Assembly: GCA_951406725.2 (NCBI GenBank)
Contig: OX597818.1
Coordinates: forward strand, 89,404,001 to 89,468,000
Length of the DNA: 64,000 nt
Direction of reading: 5' to 3'
From: Octopus vulgaris
Lineage: Eukaryota
A program made the translations under genes and the position numbers. Positions within the stretch are counted from its first letter, which is position 1. Every line of letters starts with the position of its first letter. Positions 62,613 to 64,000 of this stretch are shown here, one piece after another. A model generated the notes under the pieces. That model was not told the origin of the DNA, searched no databases, and saw only the letters and a program-made list of their open reading frames with translations.

Positions 62613-64000
62613 TGAGTGATGGAGAAAAACACGAGTATTATTATAGACAAGCAAAACGCCCCCACCCCCGTCCAATGGACTGTGCTGAGTTGTCAAACAT
62701 TTAAACCAAATTTTCTCAAAACAACTTGTCCAACCATCCCATAGGCCTCCCCTCTGAGAAAAACTAATTTAACCTAAATTTGAGACACCAGCAAAAGAAG
62801 AAATAAAGATAGACTTCCTTCCTTCATGCCAAGTTTGAAGAAAATATCTCTTTTGCATCTTACTTTTTTGGTCTCTTAAATATACTGCATTTTGTGGCAT
62901 TATTTCAAGCCAGCTGGCTTTTTTTGTGCAAACTGCACGTGCATTTTTCTTGCGTACATGTAGTATTGATCGTAACAGCTGATGTACTTGCACATACAAA
63001 TGCACGTTCCCACGGCTTTATCGATCGCATTCTCACCTGGAATCGATTTTTGTAATTTTTTTCAAGACTTATACACGCCCTGATACCGTTGGTATCTACA
63101 TATCAAATTTGAGCGCAATCGGATGGAGGGTGCCCAAGATCCTAGAAGACACACACACAGACAGACAGACAGAACGGATTTTATATAATAGATATTTCTT
63201 GAAGAATCCAAACCTAGTAAAAACAGAGGTTGACAATTGGTTTTGTTCTTAACCAAGCATGCCAAGATTTTAAAAGCATTGGTGCTAGTGTCACGTAAAA
63301 AGCACCCAGTACACTCTGTAAAGTGACTGGCATTAGGAAGAGCATCCAGTCATAGGAACCATGCCAGAACAAACAATGGAGCCTGGTGCGGCCCCTGGCC
63401 TTACCAGCTCCTGTCAAACCATCCAACCCATACCAGCATGGAAAACGGGCATTAAATGATAATATATATGCATCGATACCACATAAAAAGCACCTGTGCC
63501 ACTGCCATGCCAAAATAGACAATTGGTGCCTGGTGTAGCTCCCTGGCTGGTCAGCTCCTGTCAAACTGTCCAGCATATGCCAGATAATGACATCACAGCC
63601 ATTAATTTCTCCTAACATCCATGTCCAATCCGGCATATAAAGTGAGCAGCAGCAATGGCCAATAGCAGTCTGTTTGTATGTGGTCACTCGAGAAGCTAGA
63701 AATAGCAGCCAAATCTCTTTCAACTTATACCTTCTTTCTCAAAAGAAACTGTTGAGTTTTGTAAAAGCTATCACAACCTCATGAGGAAGTAAAAGGATAT
63801 GAAATTGATTTGAGTGGGGCGGGTGTAAAAATGTAGAAAACAATTAAAATTTTCGGAGAAAAATTATTCCAGAATCGTAATTCCTGTTGTACGAAACAAG
63901 AACACTTTATAAACAATCAAACAAAAGCTACTGAATTCTTTTGCCTTCCTCCTTCCTTACGAAGGGCCACGTTCTGGAATAGCTACCACTATCTCATAAA

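Noticed and set aside
51039-64000. CDC50A start exon
   Set aside because: No convincing ATG exon with a phase-1 donor was found by eye; presumed outside the window.

Overview
Eukaryotic, AT-rich, microsatellite- and SINE-dense genomic DNA. The repeat families and intron style suggest a coleoid cephalopod (Octopus), which is an inference. Three spliced housekeeping genes can be reconstructed by hand: ALG10 (minus, 3 exons, 472 aa, complete), TPRKB/CGI-121 (plus, 4 exons, 193 aa, complete) and CDC50A/TMEM30A (minus, 7 coding exons visible, first exon apparently beyond 64000). CDC50A contains a clear U12-type minor intron. The rest is tRNA-derived SINEs, RTE/CR1/L1 fragments, a dead mariner, a Gypsy integrase fragment, MITEs and Helitron ends. 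The most striking signal is a set of hammerhead-ribozyme (HHR) carrying elements that share one architecture: an inverted copy of a subterminal 3' segment, then the element body, then a short 3' tail. They are a young 5'-truncated Penelope-like element with an intact GIY-YIG endonuclease frame and ~1.06 kb inverted arms (53319-57105), a 639-bp non-coding retrozyme-like unit (47306-48109), a tRNA/Pol III-headed HHR element (30831-31289) and a fourth non-coding family (31797-32309). Minimal HHR remnants also occur at 7686-7720 and ~262-292. Together these look like an autonomous Penelope-like driver plus several non-autonomous ribozyme passenger families. All structures were read by eye; no searches or folding programs were run.
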